Positions 1 to 11,668 of a stretch of 47,211 nt of DNA are shown one piece after another. The stretch is from positions 31,614,394 through 31,661,604 of the forward strand of contig NC_069001.1 of NCBI RefSeq assembly GCF_001194135.2, read 5' to 3'. The stretch's first letter is position 1. Every line of letters begins with the position of its first letter. Made by a program: the position numbers and the translations under genes. This DNA comes from Octopus bimaculoides. Its lineage: Eukaryota. The notes under the pieces were generated by a model that saw only the letters and a program-made list of their open reading frames with translations, was not told the DNA's origin and did no database searches.

Positions 1-35
<35 letters not shown>

Positions 36-170
36 TATATATATACATACATATCTACATACACACAATTTCGCATTCTTGAAAGACAACACTACTCACA
101 TCTCAGGAACATGGTGGGGCAGTAGAAACTCACATAAAGCTACTGCAAACATGATAGTGGTGGTAGTGGT

Positions 171-177
171 AATAATA

Positions 178-227
<50 letters not shown>
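171..227. repeat. (AAT)n microsatellite
   Basis: Direct reading; source of poly-Y/poly-L ORFs 130..342 and 140..328. Confidence 0.95.
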
Positions 228-228
<1 letters not shown>

Positions 229-229
229 T

Positions 230-320
230 GGACTTGACAAGAGAACAGAGCAAACCCAAAAAACTGCTCTGCTGAGGACAGCTAGGGTTCTGAAATTGGT
301 AGTTGGGTGTGTTGAATGTC
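230..320 (+). mobile_element. 3' tip of an R4/Dong-like (RLE-type) non-LTR retrotransposon ORF
   Basis: Frame from 230 reads GLDKRTEQTQKTALLRTARVLKLVV, resembling the QKTALLGTARILRKVL C-terminus typical of RLE LINE ORFs. Confidence 0.55.
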
Positions 321-379
321 TTCCCCAATAATTAACAACCAATTATTAAAGCTTATAATGAGCGGAAAGAGACCCTTTG

Positions 380-965
380 AGACATCTGACGATAGGCTGC
401 TGTATGTTCTCACAGAATCAATTAGAGCAAACAAGACCAAGCACTCTGAGAAGTAAAACGATAATAAATATCCTGATGCAACACCAGTCACTGGCTCTCA
501 TGGCTTTTGCTCTTAACTGATTGGAAGTGTTATCATGTACATTGTTTTGTTTTGGTATAAAAAGAAGGGCTACAGTAAATATTCTATTCAATACCACACA
601 TTTACTTCTCAGTTGTTTGACCATAACCAGTTGAGCATGTCCCTTAGTGGCTGACGATATGTGCATCTCTGATCACGAACAGAAGTAGTGGGGGAACATC
701 ATAATCATTTGTTGAGAGGAATTCTTTGGGGTTTGGATAATTCACCTCTGGAAGCATGGGTGTTTCATCCAACATCCTAAAACTTTCTTCAGGGACCTTT
801 TGAGCGGGATGGGCTACTCAGCTTGAAGAAAATTCTAACTGGGCCCCACTTGCAAGGTCATGCGCTACTTATCTTGATAATGAGATCACCATGTCATGCA
901 CATATGGCTGTGATGTATGTGCCTGGTGTGCCCTTATCAGACAGGTAGTCATGATAGGTATACTG
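380..965. repeat. Unclassified interspersed repeat fragment
   Basis: Non-tandem, higher-GC block without a long ORF; resembles an octopus interspersed repeat I recall (gatgggctactc...aaattctaactgggcccc); family not assigned. Confidence 0.35.
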
Positions 966-1017
966 TATATCTGTACTCCAGTGTCACTCTGATGGCATGC
1001 ACTGCTCTCTCACTCAA

Positions 1018-1043
1018 TAGTAATAATAATAATAATAATAATA

Positions 1044-1082
<39 letters not shown>
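1018..1082. repeat. (AAT)n(GAT)n compound microsatellite
   Basis: Direct reading. Confidence 0.95.
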
Positions 1083-1084
<2 letters not shown>

Positions 1085-1220
1085 CTCTCTCATCAAAGAT
1101 GCACAGTATACCACATGACAGGTGTCAAAGTGTTCACAGAGCAACATGAGATGAAGTGTCTTGCTCAAGAACACAACACACCACCCGGTCTGGGAATTGA
1201 AATCACAATCTTGCATGTGA
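1085..1220 (-). mobile_element. CORE-like SINE fragment (family C/D head and core)
   Basis: gaagtgtcttgctcaagaacacaac...ccggtctgggaattgaa is the reverse complement of the head/core seen at 4118 and 25566. Confidence 0.65.
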
Positions 1221-1289
1221 AGATTTTCTCTATCTCACTTCAGAAGAGTAATACATATTCAAATAGTCACATATAGCTTTTCTCTTTTG

Positions 1290-2700
1290 CAGTCACTGTT
1301 TGGACTAATGGTATCATATGCAGAAGTTAAAGGACTAGCTAAAATCCTTCATCTACTTCTTTTGCATGTAAGGAATTTAAGAGTGAAAAGTGCACCATAC
1401 GGATAATAAAACAAGGAATATTTGAAGGAAGACAGAGAATTGAAGTTGCCAAATGGGTAAATAGTGAAAGCAGTTGAGAAAGGACAATGGTATACAGATT
1501 TGGGAATACTGGAAGCAGATGAAATAAAAAATGAAGAAATGAAGAAAATTACAAATAGCGAGTATATAAGGAGAGCGAGAAAAACTTTTACAATCAAAGT
1601 TGAATTCAAAAAATGTTATTGAAGCAAAAATGCAAGAGCGGTATTGGTAATCAGATATGGATTTGGAATTGTTGATAGATTGGACAAAAAACGACAAACA
1701 GAAACTTGACTGAAAAACTAGGAAACTGTTGAGGATGTATGGAGCCCACCATCTGAAAGCAAATATTGACCAGTTGTTCTTAAGAGAGATCAGAGTAGAA
1801 GAGGCTTAATTGTTGTGAAAGAGATGTATAGATGAAAAGGAAAAGTCTACTAGAATATTTACAGAGAAGCTGAGAGAAATTACTAAAGGCATTGAATAAA
1901 GAGCAGGTAATCAAGTGTGGAATTGGGGAAAAGGACAAGAATGAAATTCAAAGAGAGCATATTGGACAGGTTGAAGAGAAACCTTTGCATGTTCAAATTT
2001 TGGAAAGCCACTGATGATGTATGTGGAACAAAGCCTGGGCTTGTTTGAAAAAAAGGGCAATTGAAAAAAGAAACAGAGCCTTACTACAGCAGCTCAAGAT
2101 GAAGCATTAAAAACAACTTGAGAANNNNNNNNNNGTGGGGGGGGGGGATTTGGGATGAAACAATGGCACATGGTGCAGAATGTCCCAAGTTGGCTCAGTA
2201 AGAATATAAGAAATGGAGGTTTGGAATTGGAAGTATTTGGTACAATTGTCAAGCTGAAGAAATGCTTGAGTCAGAGAATTGCAATATTCTATGGGATTTT
2301 TTCAATTCAAAAAGATAAGAGAGAAAATAATAAACCAGATATAACAATAAGAGACAAGGAAAAGCAAAATTGTTTCCTGATCTTTCATATCCATTTGATT
2401 CCAGGATTGGAAAGAAAGAAGATGAAAAATTGAAAAAGACACAATCCCATAAAATTTGAAACTGCAAGAATTTCGAGTATGAAAAGGTTGTACCTGTAAT
2501 AATCAGTGCATTAGGGGCTGTAAGCAAAAATAAAGACAAATTGCTGAAGGAGATTTTATGACAACAGACAACGGCTCCAGCTGTAAAGAAAATAACTGCT
2601 CAAATAATCTGTAATATTCTACATTTGTACATGGAAAAATATATAAGCGTCTACCAAGACACAGTACCAATTTATCACCGATAATATTCTCAGACAATCT
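1290..2700 (+). mobile_element. Decayed R4/Dong-like non-LTR retrotransposon, 3' part (RT C-terminus, zinc-knuckle region, PD-(D/E)xK restriction-like endonuclease)
   Basis: Frameshifted translation gives DLGILEADEIKNEEMKK..EYIRRARK, QSKLNSKNVI, NARAVLVIRYG, KTRKLLRMYGAHHLKANID, ECPKLAQ*EYKK, WDFSIQKD..NNKPDITIRDKEKQNCFLI and VVPVIISALGAVSK; many stops and frameshifts. Confidence 0.85.
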
Positions 2701-3159
2701 GATACTACTACCAACTGATTTTTTTGAACAGAAACAATGTAGAATATAGGCTCAAAACAAAAAAAGAAAACGAAAAAAGAAAAAAAAATGTAGGTATTAA
2801 ATTAGAACTCACAAACTGATTGTTTACTGCTCACCTGTATCTATATCCACTCAGCTATTTCAAATTCGGAAAACAAATGTGTAAAATTAATAGAAAATAA
2901 CTTATATTTATTACTTTTTCTTGTTCCAGAGAAGTGAGTCTCTGCACTGTGAACCAAATAAAATTCATATCCGTCTCTATTTAATTCAACATTTCACAAA
3001 CATTGATGGTCTTTACCTTTCATTGCTTCTAACCACTGGGATGTGACCAGGCTCTTTAAGTTTTTATTTTTGTTTATTTACCCAACTGTCTGTTGGGCAA
3101 CGCAAGATATTCTGTGAATCCAAGAAATCAAACTTCACTATCTGTCTATTTCTACTAGC

Positions 3160-3600
3160 ATGAAGGCACTTGGCTTAGTGATTAGGGCAAATCAGCACAC
3201 AATCGTAGGGTTGGGAGTTCAATTCTCGGCGAAGGCACTTGGCTTAGTGATTATGGCAAATCAGCACACAATCGTAGGGTTGGGAGTTCAATTCTCGGCG
3301 AAGGCACTTGGCTTAGTGATTAGGGCAAATCAGCACACAATCGTAGGGTTGGGAGTTCAATTCTCGGTGGCACTTTGTGTCCTTGAGCAAGACACTTTAT
3401 TTCATGTTGCTCCAGTCCATTCAGCTGGCAAAAATGATTTGCATCAGTAATTCAATGGGCCAGCCTTGTCGTATTCCATGTCAGACTGAATCTCCCCGAG
3501 TACTACATTAAGGGTACGTATGTCTGTGGAGTTCTCAGTCCCTTGCACATTAATCTCACAAGCAGGCTGTTCCGTTGATCAGATCAACTGCAACTGACAG
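3160..3600 (+). mobile_element. tRNA-derived CORE-like SINE (family C) with a triplicated 69-bp head
   Basis: Three 69-bp units (3162-3230, 3231-3299, 3300-3368), each with A box tggcttagtga and B box gttcaattc, then the core gtgtccttgagcaagacactttat and the family C tail. Confidence 0.9.
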
Positions 3601-4117
3601 AGCACCAGTAATTCTATTCCTGCTACTGCCAGGTATGCAAGGACGGTGTACTTCTGGGACCTTGCTCATTCATGACCAAAGGGGGTCTTTAGCCTTTAGC
3701 CTTCTTTATTAAGATGATAGGATCACAGCTGTCTTAACAGATTTATATGTCTCCAGACAAAGCAATGCACGACATCCCCCTACAATCACAAGCACAGAAT
3801 ATGTTGATTAGCACTTGGTCGTTCAGACCTGTGCAACCCATTGACCTGTACAATGTTACAGCAAAGAGAGAGAGATTATCAGCCTCCTTCACACGAGAGA
3901 CCAACACATTAGGCACTTCTTGCTCAGTAAGACATGACAACAGACAGACTACACTAATTAGTTAATAACTGAAACAAGAAGAGGCACAAAGACAGTGTGG
4001 TTAAGATGCTCGTCTACTAAACATGATGCTCAGCATGCTCAAGATATTGACATTACTTCTAGTCTCTTCACAACACAAAAACCAAGAAACCCTCCATCAC
4101 TTGATCATAAAAGCAAA

Positions 4118-4440
4118 CATGGCTCAGTGGTTAGAGTGTCAGGCTCACAATCATATGGTAGTGAGTTTGATTCCCAGGCCAGGCTGTGTGTTGGGTTCTT
4201 GAGCAAGACACTTTATTTCACATTGCTCCAGTTCATTCATCTGTAGATATGAGTTGTATCATCACTGGTGCCAAGTTGTAGCAGTCTTTGCCTTTCCCTT
4301 GGATAACATCGGTGGCTTGGAGAGGGGAGACTGGCATGCATGGGTGACTGCTGGTCTTCCATAAACAGCCTTGCCCAGACTTGTGCCTCAGAGGGAAACT
4401 TTCTAGGTGCAATCCCATGGTCAGTCATGATCGAAGGGGG
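4118..4440 (+). mobile_element. SINE family D, near full length
   Basis: ggctcagtggttagag A box, gagtttgattccc B-box region, core ttgagcaagacactttat; homologous to 25566-25910, 39267-39555 and 11815-12118. Confidence 0.9.
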
Positions 4441-4461
4441 AACAACAACAACATACATATG

Positions 4462-4501
<40 letters not shown>

Positions 4502-4596
4502 GAGGTGTGTAATGTGTACATCTTTCACTGATGTATGTACATTGGCAAGAGTTCTGTTCATAAGCAAGCAAACTGAGGCATCATTATATATAACGG

Positions 4597-4816
4597 TAAG
4601 GTGGTGAGCTAGCAGAAACGTTAGCATGCCAGACAAAATGCTTAGTGGTATTTCGTCCATCTTTACGTTCTGAGTTCAAATTCCACCAAGGGCGACTTTG
4701 CCTTTCATCCTTTTGGGGTTGATAAATTATGCACCTGTTGCATACTTAGGTCGATCTAATCATCTGGAATCCTCTCCCAAAATTTCAGGCCTGATGCCTA
4801 GAATAGAAAAGATTAT
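4597..4816 (+). mobile_element. SINE family B
   Basis: ggtggtgagctagcagaaacgttagc...ttctgagttcaaattcc...ctttgcctttcatcc; homologous to 13271, 31107 and 35068. Confidence 0.85.
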
Positions 4817-5134
4817 ACATCACCATATATACTCTACTACAAAACTCCCTTGCCTCTAAGATGCATCCCTGGCTTACAAGGTTCAAATTGGGAATTTTAT
4901 CATTGACCTGACTATAAGCTGCAGCGACCTTTTTGAGAGCAAAGTTCAATTAGGTATCGCACCGTCAAAGTTATTGTTCGGTAACCAAGCTTTCAGTAAG
5001 CTGAAGATGTCTTACAACAACTGTTATACCATTAAGTCGATGCATTTTAAAAACTGTTGCTTATAAAGTAAAATTTTATCCTTTTCAGTTGTTCCAAGTG
5101 TTGCAACTTCAGACATGACTTGTACCTAGAAAAT

Positions 5135-5250
5135 ATCTGATGGGTTTTTTTTTTATAGGATGTGCTTATAAGTTGCATCCCCAACTGTAGGTGAAAATGT
5201 CAGAGGAAAAAAAATACAACTTATAGCCAAGTATATACAGTATATCTTCT
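5135..5250. mobile_element. Possible one-ended Tigger/pogo-like MITE remnant
   Basis: Ends in caacttatagccaagtatatacag|ta, resembling pogo-type TIRs with a TA target; other end not found. Confidence 0.3.
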
Positions 5251-5465
5251 GGTATAATATATTTATCCCAAGTTGTAACGAAAGACCCTTTTCATTCCCT
5301 CCCTCTGAAAGGGACCAGTGATTGATTGGTGAATTGAAAAACTAATGAACAATGATGATAATGTCTGCAAAATGTGATATAAGTCACATATCTCTGAATG
5401 TAGAAGTTTGCCTTGTTGATAATAAAAGACAATATTTCCAGAATGTTCTTATAAGTTCATGCAAT

Positions 5466-5675
5466 CCTGGCACAAGGCCAGCAATTTTGAAAGGAAAACG
5501 GGGAAGCTGATTACATTGATCCCAGTACTGACTTGGTACCTATTTTGTCAACCCCTTAAGGATAGAAGACACAGTCAGCCTCAGCAGCATTTGAACTCAG
5601 AATGTAAAGAGCTAGAAGTGCGCTAAGCAATTTTTCATCAAGTGCAGTATCAACTCTCCCAGCTTGCTTGCCTTA
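5466..5675 (-). mobile_element. SINE family B, diverged
   Basis: ggcacaaggcc...catttgaactcagaatg...gctaagca is the reverse complement of family B; a second, more decayed copy lies at about 5755-5884. Confidence 0.75.
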
Positions 5676-5910
5676 ATAATGTTCTTATAACACAGCACAA
5701 TAATACATTACGTTCTTGTTATATAATAATTTTTATGATATTGATTTCTTGCATCGGCACAGAGCCATATATTTCAAGAGAGAACAACTGATAAGATCTT
5801 CACCAGTATTTGTCTGGCATCTTAATTTTGCTTGCCCTGGAAGAATGGCAGATAAGGTCAACCTTGGCAAAATTTGAACTCACAATATTAAAATACCATA
5901 AATAAATTAT

Positions 5911-6275
5911 AGGCACAGGCATGGCTGTGTGGTAAGAAGCGTGCTTCCCTACCACATGGTTCCGGGTTCAGTCCCACTGCATGACACCTTGGGCAAGTAT
6001 CTTCTACTATAGCCACGGGTTTACCAAAGCCTTGTGCAGGGATTTGGTAGATGGAAACTGAAAGAAGCATATCATATATATATGTGTGTGTTTTGTGTCT
6101 ATGTTTGTCCCCCTACCATCAACTGAAAACTGATGTTGGTGTGTTTATGTCCCCATCACTTATCAGTTTAGCAAAAGACACTGATAGAGTAAGTACTAGG
6201 CTTACAAAGCGTAAGTCCCAGGATCGATTTCTGTGACTTAAAAACCCTTTAAGGCAATGCTCTAGCACGGCCATG
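5911..6275 (+). mobile_element. SINE family A (head, core and tail)
   Basis: ggcacaggcatggctgtgtggtaagaag...ggttcagtccc...caccttgggcaag...ggaaactgaaagaagc, then the tail aagtactaggcttacaaag. Confidence 0.9.
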
Positions 6276-6689
6276 CTCCACCGATTCTACCAATCCCTCC
6301 CCTTATGTATAATATGAAAATACTGAACTGAACTGGTTCTGTGGTTATAAATGAAACCTTACAGTAGCTTTGACTATGATTGGCTTTTCAAGAATGGGCC
6401 TAACTCTGTTCATCTTGATTTGTGAGGCTTGCAAAATAAATAAACAAATAAAATAGCAAAATTTCGTTTGGTTTGTGGTTCATACGTGAGTAATTAGTGA
6501 GTAACGAGGAAGGTATTCGTCCGTCAGTAGAACAAACTGTTCCAAGAAAGAAAATCTCATCTGAGTCAAATTAAGTTAGGGTTAGAGCAAGAAAACTTGG
6601 AAAAGAACAAAAAGAAAACAGGTTTATTTTAAACTTAAAAACAGGAGTGTGTGTGTGTGTGTGTGTGTAGAAGAATGTGCGCAAATATG

Positions 6690-7678
6690 NNNNNNNNNNN
6701 NNNNNNNNNNNNNNNNNNNNNNNNNNNNNNNNNNNNNNNNNNNNNNNNNNNNNNNNNNNNNNNNNNNNNNNNNNNNNNNNNNNNNNNNNNNNNNNNNNNN
6801 NNNNNNNNNNNNNNNNNNNNNNNNNNNNNNNNNNNNNNNNNNNNNNNNNNNNNNNNNNNNNNNNNNNNNNNNNNNNNNNNNNNNNNNNNNNNNNNNNNNN
6901 NNNNNNNNNNNNNNNNNNNNNNNNNNNNNNNNNNNNNNNNNNNNNNNNNNNNNNNNNNNNNNNNNNNNNNNNNNNNNNNNNNNNNNNNNNNNNNNNNNNN
7001 NNNNNNNNNNNNNNNNNNNNNNNNNNNNNNNNNNNNNNNNNNNNNNNNNNNNNNNNNNNNNNNNNNNNNNNNNNNNNNNNNNNNNNNNNNNNNNNNNNNN
7101 NNNNNNNNNNNNNNNNNNNNNNNNNNNNNNNNNNNNNNNNNNNNNNNNNNNNNNNNNNNNNNNNNNNNNNNNNNNNNNNNNNNNNNNNNNNNNNNNNNNN
7201 NNNNNNNNNNNNNNNNNNNNNNNNNNNNNNNNNNNNNNNNNNNNNNNNNNNNNNNNNNNNNNNNNNNNNNNNNNNNNNNNNNNNNNNNNNNNNNNNNNNN
7301 NNNNNNNNNNNNNNNNNNNNNNNNNNNNNNNNNNNNNNNNNNNNNNNNNNNNNNNNNNNNNNNNNNNNNNNNNNNNNNNNNNNNNNNNNNNNNNNNNNNN
7401 NNNNNNNNNNNNNNNNNNNNNNNNNNNNNNNNNNNNNNNNNNNNNNNNNNNNNNNNNNNNNNNNNNNNNNNNNNNNNNNNNNNNNNNNNNNNNNNNNNNN
7501 NNNNNNNNNNNNNNNNNNNNNNNNNNNNNNNNNNNNNNNNNNNNNNNNNNNNNNNNNNNNNNNNNNNNNNNNNNNNNNNNNNNNNNNNNNNNNNNNNNNN
7601 NNNNNNNNNNNNNNNNNNNNNNNNNNNNNNNNNNNNNNNNNNNNNNNNNNNNNNNNNNNNNNNNNNNNNNNNNNNNNN
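6690..7678. other. Assembly gap (989 N)
   Basis: N-run. Confidence 1.
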
Positions 7679-8055
7679 CACTCTGTCGCTTACGACGTCG
7701 AGGGTTCCAGTTGATCCGATCAACGGAACAACCTGCTCGTGAAATTAACGTGCAAGTGGCTGAGCACTCCACAGACATGTGTACCCTTAGCGTAGTTCTT
7801 GGGGATATTCAGTGTGACACAGTGTGACATGGCTGACCCTTTGAATTACAGGCACAACAGAAACAGGAAGTAAGAGTGAGAGAAAGTTGTGATGAAAGAG
7901 TACAGCAGGGTTCGCCACCATCCCCTGCCGGAGCCTCGTGGAGCTTTTAGGTGTTTTCGCTCAATAAACACTCACAACGCCCGGTCTGGGAATCGAAACC
8001 GCGATCCTATGACCGCGAGTCCATTGCCCTAACCACTGGGCCGTTGCGCCTCCAC
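7679..8055 (-). mobile_element. tRNA-derived SINE with the family C tail but a different central domain
   Basis: Minus strand begins gtggaggcgcaacggcccagtggttaggg...ggtttcgattccc; its tail gagtgctcagccacttgcacgttaatttcacgagcagg matches 11440-11668 and 43672-43812; many CpGs retained. Confidence 0.85.
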
Positions 8056-8402
8056 ACTTCAAAGAATATCCTCTTCCTAATGAGATGTCCAAGCAAAGAC
8101 TGGAGTATCTCTCACTCTAAGCTGTTGAGTGGCCACTCACTGTTCATCTGAGTTCATCTGTCCTTTGATGAGTTTTTCTTTCCAATGAAAACCACCCACC
8201 TTACCAAGCAGACTTCATAGGGTTGCCGGTTTAGTTGCCAACAGAACTCGACCATGCAACAGGTTGTACTAGGCTAAATGTTACCAGTAGTACTATAAGT
8301 GACCTGATATATATACGTACATACCTATCCAGAATATATACATTGTACACACACATTTATCCTTTCTCAGACATTGCATCAGGGTTTTATTTATTTATTA
8401 TT

Positions 8403-8408
<6 letters not shown>

Positions 8409-8481
<73 letters not shown>
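8409..8481. repeat. (GT)n microsatellite, about 36 units
   Basis: Direct reading. Confidence 0.97.
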
Positions 8482-8482
<1 letters not shown>

Positions 8483-8590
8483 ACATCCAAACTGGTGATA
8501 AGTACCAACGCTTCCATGTGGCATGCTTGAACAATTGTGATGACCTCTTCACATGACACCATTGGTAACCATTTTAACTCAAAAAGTGTA

Positions 8591-8637
<47 letters not shown>

Positions 8638-8773
8638 GAATGTATTGTATATACATATATGTATACTGTATATAGATTTATATATATACATGCAAACATG
8701 TGCTATATATTATATATGTACACACATACATGTTATACATACATACATATATACACACATACATATACCATAT

Positions 8774-8825
<52 letters not shown>

Positions 8826-9670
8826 NNNNNNNNNNNNNNNNNNNNNNNNNNNNNNNNNNNNNNNNNNNNNNNNNNNNNNNNNNNNNNNNNNNNNNNNNNN
8901 NNNNNNNNNNNNNNNNNNNNNNNNNNNNNNNNNNNNNNNNNNNNNNNNNNNNNNNNNNNNNNNNNNNNNNNNNNNNNNNNNNNNNNNNNNNNNNNNNNNN
9001 NNNNNNNNNNNNNNNNNNNNNNNNNNNNNNNNNNNNNNNNNNNNNNNNNNNNNNNNNNNNNNNNNNNNNNNNNNNNNNNNNNNNNNNNNNNNNNNNNNNN
9101 NNNNNNNNNNNNNNNNNNNNNNNNNNNNNNNNNNNNNNNNNNNNNNNNNNNNNNNNNNNNNNNNNNNNNNNNNNNNNNNNNNNNNNNNNNNNNNNNNNNN
9201 NNNNNNNNNNNNNNNNNNNNNNNNNNNNNNNNNNNNNNNNNNNNNNNNNNNNNNNNNNNNNNNNNNNNNNNNNNNNNNNNNNNNNNNNNNNNNNNNNNNN
9301 NNNNNNNNNNNNNNNNNNNNNNNNNNNNNNNNNNNNNNNNNNNNNNNNNNNNNNNNNNNNNNNNNNNNNNNNNNNNNNNNNNNNNNNNNNNNNNNNNNNN
9401 NNNNNNNNNNNNNNNNNNNNNNNNNNNNNNNNNNNNNNNNNNNNNNNNNNNNNNNNNNNNNNNNNNNNNNNNNNNNNNNNNNNNNNNNNNNNNNNNNNNN
9501 NNNNNNNNNNNNNNNNNNNNNNNNNNNNNNNNNNNNNNNNNNNNNNNNNNNNNNNNNNNNNNNNNNNNNNNNNNNNNNNNNNNNNNNNNNNNNNNNNNNN
9601 NNNNNNNNNNNNNNNNNNNNNNNNNNNNNNNNNNNNNNNNNNNNNNNNNNNNNNNNNNNNNNNNNNNNNN
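8826..9670. other. Assembly gap (845 N) after a (TA)n tract
   Basis: N-run. Confidence 1.
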
Positions 9671-9719
9671 AATACCGGATGTAGAGTAATATGATTTTTA
9701 TTATTATTATTATTATTAA

Positions 9720-9849
9720 AGCTGCAAGAATGTCACAAAAATCTACAACTCAAGAGTTTCATGTTTCCATTGCAATTTTATTCCGTTCTTGATCACAACT
9801 GCCCAACAAACAGGGACGTGCAGATTTTTGTGATGCTCTTGTTGCAGCT
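9720..9849. mobile_element. Kolobok-like non-autonomous DNA transposon (MITE), 130 bp
   Basis: TTAA|AGCTGCAA...TTGCAGCT|TTAA; imperfect TIRs agctgcaagaatgtcacaaaaatct and agatttttgtgatgctcttgttgcagct. Confidence 0.6.
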
Positions 9850-9921
9850 TTAATAATAAATAAATATATATATATGAACCCTTTTGTCTCCATAAAAAGA
9901 GACAAAAATTATTTCTTGTCT

Positions 9922-9957
<36 letters not shown>

Positions 9958-10199
9958 AACAATGCACTATGAAACTCCCTGCAAGTACATAGAGTATTTC
10001 AATGATTCACCATGAGAGAAAAACGGCATCCAACCAATCTCTTTACACCCTGTTTCCTTTTTTATAAGGTTTATCCAAGACTTCATAGGGTGGCGTATAT
10101 GTTTGTCATAGGCCTTCTGAGTGCGATGGCTTCATAGGATAGTGTCTGTGGGTTCCCACAGGCCCTCTGAGATTGGTAACCTTGATACGGTTGGATGGT

Positions 10200-10800
10200 C
10201 AGAACATTTACAGTAAAAGAAGAAAAAGAAAACATATCCGGGAATGTAATCCCAATGGAGAGACATTCTGAAGAATGCTCGTTAGTGTGGGTCCAGGTAA
10301 GGTTGGGGAGAGGAGAGGAGAGGTGACATGATATAGGTGATAAGGAGGAGGAGGAAGAGGGATGGTGGGCTTTGATGGAGGTGGTGTGCAGCTAGTTAGT
10401 TCCCAAAGAGCAGAAGCAGTTTAGTAGTTACAGATTAAGCAGTGTGAGTATAGAGTGCCTTTGTAGGTCAAAGGTTAACGTAAGAGTTTTTTTTTAAATT
10501 TATTTTTTTAATCTTTTAGTCAATAGAGCAGGAAGTGCCTATGGACTCTTGAGCCTTTGTGGAGCCTTCAAGATGGATGGGAAGAATGGAGTAAGGTATG
10601 CTCAAACTGGAGACTCAGGCCCAACAATGAAAACAGAGTGAATATGGATAAAGGCATCCAACATATTGAACCAGACAAGGGATTCACTCTTCGATACCAA
10701 CCTGCCTGGGACTGCCCATGATTGTACAAAACAAACTCTTGTTTTAAAGAGATCTAAATGAAAAACCTTCCATCGAAATTTCATCTTACTTTATGTTCCA
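10200..10800 (-). mobile_element. Highly decayed LINE 3' fragment, probably CR1/Jockey-like
   Basis: Minus-strand pieces such as ELTSCTPPPSKP..YHVT..THTNEHS resemble CR1 RT C-terminal regions; many disruptions. Confidence 0.35.
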
Positions 10801-10814
10801 AACTACCGGAAACT

Positions 10815-10942
10815 AGCCACAGGTATGGCTGTGTGGTAAGAAGCTTGCTACCCAACCACGTGGTTCTGGGTTCAGTCTCACTGCGCAGCACCTTGGGCAA
10901 GGGTCTTCTACTATAGCCTCGGCACGACCAAAGCCTTGTGAG
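10815..10942 (+). mobile_element. SINE family A, 3'-truncated
   Basis: Head and core match 5911; a further fragment lies at about 11065-11170. Confidence 0.85.
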
Positions 10943-11439
10943 TGAAACAAGTAGCAGAATAACAGCATACTAATGACAAGGTTATTTAATAAAATTATTC
11001 ATTAATTTCAAAATTAATTGAAATAAAGGAAGTGTATTTCAAGAGAAATATGGTAAGAAAAGGGTTTTGGGATCAGTTCCACCACACAGTGGTCTTCCAT
11101 TATAGCCACAGGCTGATCAAGGCCTTGTGAGTGGATGTGATAGATGAAAGCTGAAAGAAACCTGTCATATAAATGTGTGTGTGTGTGTGTGTGTGTGTGT
11201 ATGAGCCGGCCATTTTCTAAACATTATGAGATGGTTGCCAATGAGCTTTTTATATTTTGATATATATATATACATGCGTATAAGAAGGGATGACCACTAA
11301 GTGGACATCCGATATGCTAGAAAGAGGTCATCAACGACCCAACCACAAAGAAAAATAATGTTCTCCAGAAAAAAATTTCACAAACACTCCAGGAAAAAAT
11401 TTCGCTAGGCCACTTGGTTTTAAATTTACATATATATAA

Positions 11440-11668
11440 TGACACTTTATTACAAGTTGCTCCAGTCCACTCAGCAGGCAAAAATGAGGTGTACCTGTAT
11501 TTCAAAGGCCCAGCCTTGTCACACTGTGTCACGCTGATTCTCCCTGAGAACTACACGGAAGGGTACACGTGTCTGTGGAATGCTCAGCCACTTGCACCTT
11601 AATTTCATGAGCTGGATGTTCTGTTAACTGGATCAACAGGAACACTCATCATCATAACCGACAGAGTG
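11440..11668 (+). mobile_element. SINE family C, 3' half
   Basis: ttgctccagtccactcagcaggcaaaaatgag...gctcagccacttgcac...ataaccgacagagtgc. Confidence 0.85.

Noticed and set aside
2905-2940. Possible 4-nt microexon (ttttcttgttccag|agaa|gtgagt) on +, and a 20-nt minus-strand mini-exon near 2835-2855
   Set aside because: Frame-disrupting sizes, no context, and expected by chance in T-rich DNA
3162-3368. tRNA genes at SINE heads, or a CRISPR-like repeat array
   Set aside because: The heads have A/B boxes but no full cloverleaf and run into SINE bodies; the 69-bp units are contiguous with no unique spacers
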